64,000 nucleotides of DNA from an uncultured Rikenella sp. (GTDB lineage: Bacteria > Bacteroidota > Bacteroidia > Bacteroidales > VadinHA17): NCBI GenBank assembly GCA_964535795.1, contig CAZHTG010000005.1:13328-77327 (forward strand), read 5' to 3'. Each line of letters begins with the position of its first letter. Position 1 is the first letter of the stretch. Below the pieces are notes generated by a model. The model did no database searches, was not told the origin of the DNA, and worked only from the letters and a program-made list of their open reading frames with translations. The translations under genes and the position numbers were made by a program. Below are positions 36,745 through 46,725 of this stretch, piece by piece.

Positions 36745-37356
36745 ATGAATGTCCTGGCACATATATATCTCTCAGGCGACTCTGATAATATCATCATAGG
36801 GAATTACATCGGCGATTATGTAAAGGGGCGCGATTATCTTAAATATCCTGAGGGCATCCGCAAGGGAATCATCATTCACCGTCATATAGATGCCTTCACC
36901 GACAGGCATCCTGTTGTTCACCGCAGCAAGCTTCACTTCACGGGCAGATACAGGAAGTATGCAGGTGTCATTACGGATATTCTCTATGATCACTACCTGA
37001 CCCGGGAGTGGGATCTCTTTTCGAGGCGTCCGCTGGAGAGTGTGACCTATAACTTTTACAGGGCAATGGTAAATAACTTTGAGATACTGCCTGAGAACGT
37101 CCGTGAGAAGATGCCTTTCTTCATTATTGACAACTGGCTGGAGACCTACCAGACCCGGAGCGGCATTAAAAGGGTGCTCAAGACACTCAGTTCTATGACC
37201 TCTCTGCCAAAGGAGACGCGGTGGGCCATGAGGGTCTGGAAGAAGCAGTATTACTCAATAGAAGAGGACTTTATGGAGTTCTTTCCACAGCTTATAAACT
37301 ATGTCGAAACGGAGTTCGGTATAGTCCTCTCTCCCGGCATCCGCATCCCCTTCTGA
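36745..37356 (+). CDS. acpH: acyl carrier protein phosphodiesterase
   Basis: The N-terminus MNVLAHIYLSGD is typical of AcpH. HRHIDAFTD is also present, about 200 aa. Confidence 0.8.
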   Translation: MNVLAHIYLSGDSDNIIIGNYIGDYVKGRDYLKYPEGIRKGIIIHRHIDAFTDRHPVVHRSKLHFTGRYRKYAGVITDILYDHYLTREWDLFSRRPLESVTYNFYRAMVNNFEILPENVREKMPFFIIDNWLETYQTRSGIKRVLKTLSSMTSLPKETRWAMRVWKKQYYSIEEDFMEFFPQLINYVETEFGIVLSPGIRIPF

Positions 37357-38772
37357 TCATCCCAGGTACTCGGACCTGCCTGCATCGAGTCTCAGGAACA
37401 CGAACAGCAGCATGGTGAAGCCCCACAGCGAGCTGCCTCCGTAGCTGAAATATGGCAGAGGTATGCCAATCACAGGCATCACGCCAATGGTCATGCCGAT
37501 ATTTACAAAGAAATGCACAAAAAAGAGTCCGAAGACACCGTATCCGTAGGCCCGTATAAAAGTTGTACGCTGTCGTTCGGCCAGCATCAGGAGCCTCAGG
37601 AGAAGCCAGACAAACAGACCTATAACCACTACCGACCCGATGAATCCCCACTCCTCTCCTACAGTGCAGAAGATGAAGTCAGTGCTCTGCTCCGGAACAA
37701 ATTTGAACTTGGTCTGGGTTCCGTTCAGGTAACCCTTTCCGGAGAACCCTCCTGAGCCTATTGAGATCAGGGACTGGTTAAGGTTATACCCTTCCCCGAA
37801 CGGATCAGACTCCATGCCCAGCATGATGTTTATCCTTGTCTGCTGGTGTGGCTTCAGTATATTGTGAAAAGCATAGTCGACCGTAAACAGGTATAGTATC
37901 CCGGTGATCAGAAATGCATATACGACAGCGGGCATCTTCAGCTTCAGCCTGTAGATAAACCATAGGTAAGCGATGCCCGCCAGTACCACCGCAACCACTA
38001 TGTTGCCGGCTGTGCCAATACCCAGAAGGTAATGCCCTGCCAGGAAAGCCACACCGCCGGTGACAGCCATTATAAGTGCAGCCTTGAGTGTCAGCATCGT
38101 TCCTGATGTAACGGCAAGAGCCATTGCTGCCACTACTATCAGCCCCAGGGCTACCGGCACAGTACCGATCATAAGAGTGAGAAGGAAGAGTAACACTGCA
38201 AGAAAGGCGGAAATAAAAACGTAGAGGCTCATCCCCTCGCGGTATAAAACGATGAAAAAGGCAAAATAGGTGATCACTGATCCCATATCCGGCTGCAGTG
38301 CTATCAGCATCACGGGAGCAATGATTATGGCCGTGGCTGATGCCATCACCCGGAAACCGGATGACTGCCTCTGTATATTCAGGAACGAGGCCAGGGCAAG
38401 GCCCGTAGCAAACTTGGCAAATTCCGAAGGCTGGAGGCTGAATGATCCAAGTTCAAACCATGCCCTTGCCCCGTTTATCTCCTTACCGATGATTAGAACC
38501 AGGAGAAGCAAAAGAAGGAAAAAACCGTATATGAACCATGCAAAGAAGAACCAGAGCTTGTTGTCTGTAACCATGACAAGGACGGCAAGCACCAGCGCCG
38601 CTATGATAAAAACAAGCTGCTTGCCGTACCGCTGTGACAGGTCAAAAATGCTTGTATGCTGCTCATTGTAAACGGCAGCATAGATGTTCAGCCATCCCAT
38701 GACCATCATCGCCAGCCAGAGGATTACCGTGACCCAGTCAAGTCTTCCCAGTATGTTGCTATTCTTTTGCAT
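37357..38772 (-). CDS. rodA: rod shape-determining protein RodA (SEDS family)
   Basis: A polytopic FtsW/RodA/SpoVE pattern (QPSEFAK, FIFCTVGEEWGF, PLPYFSYGGSS), downstream of mrdA. Confidence 0.9.
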   Translation of the reverse strand: MQKNSNILGRLDWVTVILWLAMMVMGWLNIYAAVYNEQHTSIFDLSQRYGKQLVFIIAALVLAVLVMVTDNKLWFFFAWFIYGFFLLLLLLVLIIGKEINGARAWFELGSFSLQPSEFAKFATGLALASFLNIQRQSSGFRVMASATAIIIAPVMLIALQPDMGSVITYFAFFIVLYREGMSLYVFISAFLAVLLFLLTLMIGTVPVALGLIVVAAMALAVTSGTMLTLKAALIMAVTGGVAFLAGHYLLGIGTAGNIVVAVVLAGIAYLWFIYRLKLKMPAVVYAFLITGILYLFTVDYAFHNILKPHQQTRINIMLGMESDPFGEGYNLNQSLISIGSGGFSGKGYLNGTQTKFKFVPEQSTDFIFCTVGEEWGFIGSVVVIGLFVWLLLRLLMLAERQRTTFIRAYGYGVFGLFFVHFFVNIGMTIGVMPVIGIPLPYFSYGGSSLWGFTMLLFVFLRLDAGRSEYLG

Positions 38773-40591
38773 CAGGCTTTATTACCAATTTAAGGACATA
38801 GTCCTCAAGATACCTCCTTTTTATCTTCCCTGTCAGATATTCCTCTATCATAAGGCTGGCAATCGGAGCAGCGAATGTGGATCCGAATCCCGCATTCTCA
38901 ACATAGACAGCTATGGCAATCTGCGGATTATCTTTGGGAGCAAAGGCAACGAAAATCGAATGGTCCTTCCCGTGGGGGTTCTGTGCCGTTCCGGTCTTGC
39001 CGCAGATGATTATGCTGTCGAGGCGGGCACCGCGGGCGGTTGATCCCTCGCCTCCGTTTACAGCCCCCTCCATTCCTTCTATCACCGGTTCAAAGTTCTC
39101 CGATGATATCCCGGTGATGTACTTCTGAATATAAAGCGGTGACGGGGAACCGTCATCACCTATCTTTTTAACAACGTGAGGGATGTAAAACGAACCCCGG
39201 TTGGCAATGACGGCGGCCATATTTGCCATTTGAAGAGGGGTAGCCCCTATCTCTCCCTGCCCGATAGCCAGGGAGATAACGGTGAGAGCCTTCCAGCGGT
39301 CCTTGCCGTAATACCTGTCATAGTATGACCGTGTGGGGACGTTGCCGGCAAGCTCGTTGGGAAGGTCAATGCCCAGTTTGTTGCCAAAACCGAAGGCTAC
39401 GAGGTAATCCCTCCAGTGGTCAAAAGCTTCACCTAACAGGGGATATTCCTTATTTTCAAGGATATTCCTGAATGCGTTACAGAACCAGGCGTTGCATGAC
39501 TGGGCTACCGCTTCCGGCAGGTTTAGCGGTGATCTGTGAGAGTGGCACCCTACGGTCAATGAGCCTGCATGATAACCCATGCTGCAACTGAAGAGTGATG
39601 AGGGACGTATCACATTCTCCTGCAGCCCTATCAGGCCGTTCATTATCTTGAAGGTCGAACCGGGTGGGTAAGAGGCCATCAGCGCCCTGTCAAAGAGAGG
39701 CTTGACAGTGTCAGCCTGCAGCATGGAAAAGTTCTCAGACCTGATCCTTCCCACAAGCAGCTCGGGATCATAGGAGGGAGACGATACCAGTGCCAGGATC
39801 TCGCCCGTTGCAGGCTCTATGGCTACAATTGATCCGGTCTTGTTGCGCATCAGCCTCTCACCGTATTCCTGCAGGTTGAGATCTATGGTTGACCAGAGGT
39901 TTGTACCCGGTACAGCCACGGTGTCATAGCGTCCGTCAGCATAGGAGCCTTTAATGTTGTTATGCACATCAACCAGGAAGATCTCTACTCCCTTCCTGCC
40001 CCTGAGGTGCTCCTCATACGATTTTTCAATCCCGCTGACGCCAATGTAATCACCTGATCTGTAATACCTGTCACGTGCAATCAGCTTATTGTCAACTTCT
40101 CCCACATAGCCAAGCATGTGAGATGCCACCGGGCGGGTATATTTTCTGAGTGTCCTGGCCTGTACGTAGAATCCCGGGAACCTGTACAACTCTTCCTGCA
40201 GCAGGGCATAGGTCTCGGAGGAGATCATCTTCAGGAAGACCGAAGGGGTACGGCGCGAGTAGGAGACGGCTGCCTTCATGCGGCTCCTGAATTCCTCCAT
40301 TGGTATCCCGAGAATCTGGTTGAACCTTGTTGTGTCAAATACACTGGTCTGCACCGGGATCACCAGAAGGTCATATGCTGCCTGGTTATAGACTATCAGC
40401 TCCCCGTTGCGGTCATAGATCAATCCTCTCGCCGGATACTGTGTGACAGGCCTCAGGGCATTGTTGGCGGCTGAGACACGATATGTCTTGTCTACAATCT
40501 GGATATGGAAGAGCCTGGCAATAAGGATAAGAGCAGCAGCCAAAACCAGCGCCATTACCAGGTATTTCCGGTTTGCGTAGCGGTCCTTCAT
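38759..40591 (-). CDS. mrdA: penicillin-binding protein 2 (transpeptidase)
   Basis: An N-terminal TM helix, then the SxxK motif PGSTFK, an SxN motif and KTGTA. Confidence 0.9.
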   Translation of the reverse strand: MKDRYANRKYLVMALVLAAALILIARLFHIQIVDKTYRVSAANNALRPVTQYPARGLIYDRNGELIVYNQAAYDLLVIPVQTSVFDTTRFNQILGIPMEEFRSRMKAAVSYSRRTPSVFLKMISSETYALLQEELYRFPGFYVQARTLRKYTRPVASHMLGYVGEVDNKLIARDRYYRSGDYIGVSGIEKSYEEHLRGRKGVEIFLVDVHNNIKGSYADGRYDTVAVPGTNLWSTIDLNLQEYGERLMRNKTGSIVAIEPATGEILALVSSPSYDPELLVGRIRSENFSMLQADTVKPLFDRALMASYPPGSTFKIMNGLIGLQENVIRPSSLFSCSMGYHAGSLTVGCHSHRSPLNLPEAVAQSCNAWFCNAFRNILENKEYPLLGEAFDHWRDYLVAFGFGNKLGIDLPNELAGNVPTRSYYDRYYGKDRWKALTVISLAIGQGEIGATPLQMANMAAVIANRGSFYIPHVVKKIGDDGSPSPLYIQKYITGISSENFEPVIEGMEGAVNGGEGSTARGARLDSIIICGKTGTAQNPHGKDHSIFVAFAPKDNPQIAIAVYVENAGFGSTFAAPIASLMIEEYLTGKIKRRYLEDYVLKLVIKPDAKE

Positions 40592-40601
40592 GCCTCTTAA
40601 C

Positions 40602-41105
40602 TTATCGGTGGGGTCTGATGAAGTCGAAAAGAACTATAAAGAATGTCGTCGCTGCAGTGCTTAGCAACACTCTCAGCAGGGTGAGGAAAAAGTTTCTGAA
40701 ACTGAAGATCTCGATAAAAAAGAGAGCAAGATGGTGTATCATGACAACTGTCACCACATAGATAAGGAACCATCTCAGGCCGCTTCTGTATGATGAAGGT
40801 GAAGTCTCGGGTTCCGAGGCTTCTGACGTGATATTGAGGGATAGTACCCACGGGCGTGCGTAACCGGCCATAACGGTGGCGAACGCATGCACTCCGATGG
40901 TACCCGAGAAGAGATCGATCAATAAGCCTGTGAGAAAAGCCAGTATCAGAAGTATCCATGACGGTATGGCCACCGGCAGGATCAGGATGAACATCACATA
41001 GATATAAGGGTTTACATATCCGCTGAACTCAATATTATTGAAGATCAGCAGCTGGAGCACGATCAGGATAAGGAAGGTGCCTGTATATCTGAGGACACTG
41101 TTCAT
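40602..41105 (-). CDS. mreD: rod shape-determining protein MreD
   Basis: A 167-aa polytopic membrane protein sitting between mreC and mrdA. Confidence 0.75.
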   Translation of the reverse strand: MNSVLRYTGTFLILIVLQLLIFNNIEFSGYVNPYIYVMFILILPVAIPSWILLILAFLTGLLIDLFSGTIGVHAFATVMAGYARPWVLSLNITSEASEPETSPSSYRSGLRWFLIYVVTVVMIHHLALFFIEIFSFRNFFLTLLRVLLSTAATTFFIVLFDFIRPHR

Positions 41106-41926
41106 CTCACGACCTCCTCCTCCAGGCTATCTCTTTCTTCCCTGGTGAGATTACCTATCACGTAGACATAAGAGAGCCTCTTGAAGTCAGCGGAGAGCTG
41201 CACCTGCATCGAGACAAAGTCGCCTCCCCGGTTCTGCTTGCCCGTGAGTGAACCCACCATCAGTCCTGCCGGAAATATGGCGGAATAACCACTTGTAACT
41301 ATCGTATCGCCCTCATTTACTATAACATGATGAGGAATCTCCGAAAGGGTGGCATACCGGTAGTTGGTGCCGTCCCATGCAAGCGAGCCGAAATAGTCAT
41401 TTCGTTCAATGCTGGCACTGAGTCTGAATTCGGTGTTCAGCAAAGACATCACCTCTGAATAGTTACGTGACACACCGACCACGACCCCTACCACCCCGGT
41501 TGATGAGGCCACACCCATGCCGTTGGTTACTCCATGCGATGATCCCACGTTGAGCGTGATGAAGTTTTTCTGTTTGTTGACAGAGTTGTTTATTACCCTG
41601 GCACTAAGGTAGGTATAATTGATCCCGATGACAGAATCCCTGACTGGCACGAATGCGCCGGGAGTGTCTGAGGTGAGGCTTTCGATACGCCGCCTGAGCA
41701 TCATATTTTCAGTAAGGAGCTCTTCATTTACGCGGCGAAGCCTGAAGTAATAGGCCCCCTTCTCCAAACCACCTGAAATCAACCCTGAAATGTTACGGGC
41801 CACTCCATAGAATACGGTCTGGTGATAATTGTGTGATTTAGATATCATAAACAGAGCGACCGCTTCCAGTATAAGAAACAAGATCAGGGTTTTATACCTG
41901 AGCAGGAAGTTCAGGAGGCCTCTCAT
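41102..41926 (-). CDS. mreC: rod shape-determining protein MreC
   Basis: An N-terminal TM helix, a coiled coil (ENMMLRRRIESL) and beta-rich domains, directly after mreB. Confidence 0.85.
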   Translation of the reverse strand: MRGLLNFLLRYKTLILFLILEAVALFMISKSHNYHQTVFYGVARNISGLISGGLEKGAYYFRLRRVNEELLTENMMLRRRIESLTSDTPGAFVPVRDSVIGINYTYLSARVINNSVNKQKNFITLNVGSSHGVTNGMGVASSTGVVGVVVGVSRNYSEVMSLLNTEFRLSASIERNDYFGSLAWDGTNYRYATLSEIPHHVIVNEGDTIVTSGYSAIFPAGLMVGSLTGKQNRGGDFVSMQVQLSADFKRLSYVYVIGNLTREERDSLEEEVVR

Positions 41927-41938
41927 GCATGCATCCGG

Positions 41939-42961
41939 TTATCTCATCAGGAATGGATACTTCTCAACATTCTTCAGGGCTACACCTGTGCCTCTGACCA
42001 CTGCATGCAGCGGGTCTTCAGAAACCCTGAAGGGGATGTTTATCTTGTCAGTGAGGCGTTTGTCAAGCCCTCTGAGCAGTGCCCCGCCGCCGGCCAGGAA
42101 GACACCCTTGTTGACAATGTCAGCATAAAGTTCGGGTGGTGTCTGTTCAAGAACCTGTAAAATCGAGGCCTCAATTTTGGTGAGCGACTTATCGAGGCAG
42201 TAGGCAATCTCCTGGTATGACACTGGAATCTCTATCGGTAGCGAGGTCATGAGGTTGGGTCCGCGCACCACAAAATCCGCAGGCGGGTTTTCTATGTCAG
42301 GCAGGGCAGCGCCTACTGCTATCTTGATATCTTCTGCCGTCTTCTCTCCTATCTTTATGTTGTGCTGATGCCTCATGTAAGACTGAATGTCGGAGGTAAA
42401 GCCGTCGCCGGCTACACGTATCGACCTGTTGCAGACGATGCCTCCAAGGGCTATGACTGCTATCTCGGTTGTTCCTCCGCCAATATCCACCACCATACAT
42501 CCTTCGGGGGCCTCTACATCGAGTCCTATGCCAATGGCTGCTGCCATGGGCTCATAGATCAGATATACATCCCTTCCTCCGGCATGCTCCGATGAGTCTC
42601 GCACGGCCCTGATCTCCACCTCTGTGCTGCCACAGGGTATTCCAACGACCATTTTCAGGGAAGGAGAGAAGAACTTCGGACCGGTGTTGATCATCTTGAT
42701 CATGCCCCTGATCATCAGCTCTGCAGCGTTGAAGTCCGCAATGACACCATCCCTGAGCGGCCTGATGACACGTATGTTCTCATGTGTCCTGCCATGCATC
42801 TGTCGGGCCCTCTCACCTATGGCTATAAGCTTGCCGGTATTCCTGTCAATCGCCACTATTGACGGCTCATCGACAACCAGCTTGTCGTTGGCAATGATAT
42901 TAGTATTGGCAGTGCCAAGGTCTATCGCAACCTCCTGTGAAAGAAATGAAAATAATCCCAT
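41939..42961 (-). CDS. mreB: rod shape-determining protein MreB
   Basis: Actin-like ATPase motifs (IDLGTANT, VVDIGGGTTE, GGGALLRGLD). Confidence 0.95.
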   Translation of the reverse strand: MGLFSFLSQEVAIDLGTANTNIIANDKLVVDEPSIVAIDRNTGKLIAIGERARQMHGRTHENIRVIRPLRDGVIADFNAAELMIRGMIKMINTGPKFFSPSLKMVVGIPCGSTEVEIRAVRDSSEHAGGRDVYLIYEPMAAAIGIGLDVEAPEGCMVVDIGGGTTEIAVIALGGIVCNRSIRVAGDGFTSDIQSYMRHQHNIKIGEKTAEDIKIAVGAALPDIENPPADFVVRGPNLMTSLPIEIPVSYQEIAYCLDKSLTKIEASILQVLEQTPPELYADIVNKGVFLAGGGALLRGLDKRLTDKINIPFRVSEDPLHAVVRGTGVALKNVEKYPFLMR

Positions 42962-42991
42962 AGGTCCTTAATACTATTTCTTGTTTATATG

Positions 42992-44524
42992 TTAGTGTTT
43001 AAAATGTCTTATACCTGTAAAAACCATTGCAACACTGTTTTTATTGCAGTAGTCTATCGATTCCTGATCACGTACTGAACCCCCTGGCTGAATAACGGCC
43101 GTTATACCTGCCTCATGTGCTGTCTCGACGGAATCAGCAAAGGGGAAGAATGCGTCAGATGCCATCACCGCCCCCTCAAGGGAGAACCCGAATGCGCGGG
43201 CCTTTTCAATAGCCTGCTTAAGTGAATCTATCCTCGAAGTCTGGCCAATGCCGCTGGCGCAAAGCTGCCTGTCTCTGGCCAGCACTATGGCGTTCGACCT
43301 GCTGTGCTTAACTATTTTGTTGGCAAAGACCATGTCTGCGTACTCACCGCCGGAAGGTATTCTTTCAGTTACCGGCTTCATGTCAGCGGCTGATTCGGTT
43401 GCTGTATCACGTTCCTGCCAGAGAACGCCCCCGAGCATCGACCTGAATGATGACTCACCTTTCTCCTTCCCTTTCCGGAGCAAGATAATCCTGTTTTTTT
43501 TCGAGCTGAGAATTTCAACCGCCCTGTCAGTGAATGACGGAGCCATGACGACCTCCAGGAAGATCTTGTCCATCTCCGCGGCAACCTCCTCGTCAACCCC
43601 CCTGTTTGCAATTGCCACGCCGCCGTATGCTGACACCGGGTCACAAGCCAGGGCCGACTCCCATGCTGCCTTCAGGTCATCACGTGATGCAACACCACAG
43701 GCATTGTTATGCTTCATTATCGCAAAGGTGACCTCATCAAACTCATCTATCAGGTTTACAGCGGCATCGATATCAAGGAGGTTGTTATAGGAAATCTCCT
43801 TGCCGTGAAGCTGTTCAAAGACAAGCTCACTGTCACCATAAAATAGACCCTTCTGATGGGGGTTCTCACCGTACCTCAGGACGCGTGATTCCGTTATGCT
43901 CTTCTTGAATGCGGTGACATCACCATGGCGGTTAAACCAGTTGAAGATGGCCGTATCATAATGTGAAGTCAAATTAAATGCCTCAAGGGCAAAACGGTAC
44001 CTCTCACCGGCTGTGACAAGGCCGGCCCCGGAGTCAAGAATCTGAATAAGAGATTGATATTGCGATCTTGATGACACTATCAGCACATCAGCCCAGTTTT
44101 TTGCACCTGCCCTGATGAGCGATATACCACCAATATCTATCTTCTCAATGATCTCCTGGTCCGGCGCTCCGGAAGCAACGGTATCCTCAAAAGGATAAAG
44201 ATCCACAATCACCAGATCGAACAGGGTGATGTTGTATTCTGCCACCTGGTTCATGTCAGTCTCATTGCTCCTTCGTGCAAGGATGCCCCCGAATACACCC
44301 GGGTGAAGTGTCTTGACCCTGCCGCCGAGAATGGACGGATAGGTGGTCAAATCCTCCACCTTCGTGGCCCTGACTCCTGCACCGGTTATATGATCATATG
44401 ACCCGCCCGTTGAAACGATGGTGACACCAAGGCTGCTCAGCTTCTTTACAATAACATCAAGGCCCTCCTTATAATAAACCGAAATAAAGGCGCTCTTTAT
44501 TCTCACATCACTCATCATCAACAA
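42992..44524 (-). CDS. purH: bifunctional AICAR transformylase / IMP cyclohydrolase
   Basis: An MGS-like N-domain (SVYYKEGL, STGGS) and an AICARFT domain (KHNNACG, QPGGS). The start could be any of three clustered Met codons (44524, 44518, 44515). Confidence 0.95.
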   Translation of the reverse strand: MLMMSDVRIKSAFISVYYKEGLDVIVKKLSSLGVTIVSTGGSYDHITGAGVRATKVEDLTTYPSILGGRVKTLHPGVFGGILARRSNETDMNQVAEYNITLFDLVIVDLYPFEDTVASGAPDQEIIEKIDIGGISLIRAGAKNWADVLIVSSRSQYQSLIQILDSGAGLVTAGERYRFALEAFNLTSHYDTAIFNWFNRHGDVTAFKKSITESRVLRYGENPHQKGLFYGDSELVFEQLHGKEISYNNLLDIDAAVNLIDEFDEVTFAIMKHNNACGVASRDDLKAAWESALACDPVSAYGGVAIANRGVDEEVAAEMDKIFLEVVMAPSFTDRAVEILSSKKNRIILLRKGKEKGESSFRSMLGGVLWQERDTATESAADMKPVTERIPSGGEYADMVFANKIVKHSRSNAIVLARDRQLCASGIGQTSRIDSLKQAIEKARAFGFSLEGAVMASDAFFPFADSVETAHEAGITAVIQPGGSVRDQESIDYCNKNSVAMVFTGIRHFKH

Positions 44525-44648
44525 GTTAGATTAACAACATCAAGGCTGGTGCGATCGGATAAAAATAGATATTTTTTTTGATTGGCAATGTCTGCTAATT
44601 ATTTGAATTGATGATTTATTGAGGATATATTGATGTTTTCTATTTGAT

Positions 44649-44656
44649 TATCTTTG
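44649..44656 (+). promoter_or_regulatory. candidate -7 box (TAnnTTTG) for the ABC permease gene
   Basis: TATCTTTG, 23 nt upstream of the ATG at 44679. Confidence 0.4.
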
Positions 44657-44678
44657 GTCAGAAATCAAAGACAGGGTT

Positions 44679-45926
44679 ATGTGGTTAAAAATGTTCAGGG
44701 AGAGTTTTTTGTTTGCTTTCAGCTCTGTGGCTGTCAACAAACTGCGTACTTTCCTCTCTCTTTTCGGTATCACCATAGGAATTGTTTCAATCATTTCCGT
44801 ATTCACGGTGTTCGACTGGATGGAGAGCAGCATAAGAACAAGCATTGAATCGCTGGGAGACAACACCATCTATGTAGAAAAATGGCCATGGACAGCCAAT
44901 CAGGAAATCAAGTGGTGGGATATGCTCAAATGGCCTCCTCCCTCTGAGGATGATTATGAAGCTGTACTGAGGAGGTCATCCTCAGCCCAGGCTGTCTGCT
45001 ATACTGTGGGGTCAGGCGTGAACATCAAATTTCGTGGTAACGCGGTCAGTGACACCTATGTAATGGCTGCGACGCATAATTTTGAGAATGTAAGAACCCT
45101 GGAGATAGAGAGGGGCAGGTATTTCACACAGACGGAATCTGCTTCAGGGAAGGCTGTAACAATAATCGGTGCGGAGCTGGCCGACAAGCTTTTTGATGAA
45201 ATTGACCCGATGGGCAAGGAGATTACGGTGGCCGGTTATAAGACCCAGGTCATTGGTGTATTTAAGAAGGAGGGCAAGGGAGGCCTGAGCGACAGCGGGA
45301 TGGATGAGACCCTGCTCCTGCCGCTTAACTTCAGCAAGCAGTTTGTAAACTTCCGTAACCCGTTCCTGAACTCTGACATAATGATCAGAGGCAAGGAGGG
45401 AGTGCCGGTACAGAAACTAACTGATGAGGTGGTCATGATTCTTCGGGCCGCCAGGAGACTGGGACCGGGTGTTGAGAATAACTTCTCCATTAACCAGGCC
45501 AGCCAGATCACAAGCACCCTGGAGCCTGTCTTCAGGGGGATCAATATTGCCGGTTGGATTATCGGTGGTTTCTCGATACTCGTCGGAGGCTTCGGTATAG
45601 CAAACATAATGTTTGTCTCGGTACGCGAACGGACCAGCCAGATAGGCATACAGATGGCCCTGGGTGCAAAGAGAAGATGGATTCTCCTCCAGTTCCTCAC
45701 GGAGTCAGTCCTTCTTTCAATAACCGGCGGAATAGTCGGGTTGCTGATGGTGTTCATAGGAACCCTTTTTGTCAACTATTTCTTCACCCTTGGAATGTTC
45801 CTAACCGCTGGTAATATATTGCTGGCCATTGCCATCTCAGGAACCATAGGGATAATTGCCGGTTTTGCGCCGGCATCTGCCGCCTCCAGGATGAACCCGG
45901 TGGAAGCAATAGGTTATTCGTTCTGA
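44679..45926 (+). CDS. ABC transporter permease, MacB/FtsX-like
   Basis: An N-terminal TM helix, a large periplasmic domain and a C-terminal FtsX-type three-helix bundle (GIANIMFVSVRERTSQIGI). No partner ATPase lies adjacent. Confidence 0.8.
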   Translation: MWLKMFRESFLFAFSSVAVNKLRTFLSLFGITIGIVSIISVFTVFDWMESSIRTSIESLGDNTIYVEKWPWTANQEIKWWDMLKWPPPSEDDYEAVLRRSSSAQAVCYTVGSGVNIKFRGNAVSDTYVMAATHNFENVRTLEIERGRYFTQTESASGKAVTIIGAELADKLFDEIDPMGKEITVAGYKTQVIGVFKKEGKGGLSDSGMDETLLLPLNFSKQFVNFRNPFLNSDIMIRGKEGVPVQKLTDEVVMILRAARRLGPGVENNFSINQASQITSTLEPVFRGINIAGWIIGGFSILVGGFGIANIMFVSVRERTSQIGIQMALGAKRRWILLQFLTESVLLSITGGIVGLLMVFIGTLFVNYFFTLGMFLTAGNILLAIAISGTIGIIAGFAPASAASRMNPVEAIGYSF

Positions 45927-45951
45927 TACCCTCAACAACTCCGGCAGGAAG

Positions 45952-46725
45952 TCACCTGTTTTCTGCAACCCAATTGGTCAGCTCCACAAACTGCGCCACG
46001 GAGAGTTGTTCCGCCCTCATTGAAAGATAAGGCATCTCGCCGGCATCAGCCCGCACCATCATCTTTAGAGGATTGCGCAGCATCTTCCGGCGTTGGTTGA
46101 AGCAACGCTTTACCACGCTGACAAAAAGCTTCTCATCACAGTCGAGGCTCTCACGTTCATTTCGCTGCAGGCGAATAACTGCTGACTTTACTTTGGGGGG
46201 TGGAGAGAAGACATTTTCACTCACCGTAAAAAGGTATTCAATATCATACCATCCCCTGAGGAGCACACTGAGGATGCCGTAGACACGGCTGCCGGGCGCC
46301 GAGCATATCCGTTCGGCCACCTCTTTCTGCACCATGCAGACCACCTCTTTCACCCTGTCGCGGTTCTCAAGCACCCTGAAAAAGATCTGGCTTGAGATAT
46401 TATAGGGGAAGTTACCTATAACTGCTATCCTGTTTCCCATGGGTCGCAGGTCGAGTTCCAGGAAATCACCTGCAATAATCTCATCGATGCCGCTGATGTT
46501 CCTGCTGAGATATTCGACCGATTCGGCATCTATCTCAACAACCTTAAAGGAGGGGAACTTCCTCTCTGCCAGATACTCAGTCAGGACCCCCATACCGGGC
46601 CCCACCTCGATGACCGTGTCACACCCGTCAGCCCTGAGGGCGCTGACTGTTGAGGCGGCAATCCTCCTGTCCTTCAGGAAATGCTGCCCCAGGTGTTTTT
46701 TGGCTCTTACTTTATCAGCTCCCAT
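45952..46725 (-). CDS. rsmA: 16S rRNA (adenine1518/1519-N6)-dimethyltransferase
   Basis: KKHLGQHFL and a SAM motif (EVGPGMGVLT), 257 aa. Confidence 0.9.
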   Translation of the reverse strand: MGADKVRAKKHLGQHFLKDRRIAASTVSALRADGCDTVIEVGPGMGVLTEYLAERKFPSFKVVEIDAESVEYLSRNISGIDEIIAGDFLELDLRPMGNRIAVIGNFPYNISSQIFFRVLENRDRVKEVVCMVQKEVAERICSAPGSRVYGILSVLLRGWYDIEYLFTVSENVFSPPPKVKSAVIRLQRNERESLDCDEKLFVSVVKRCFNQRRKMLRNPLKMMVRADAGEMPYLSMRAEQLSVAQFVELTNWVAENR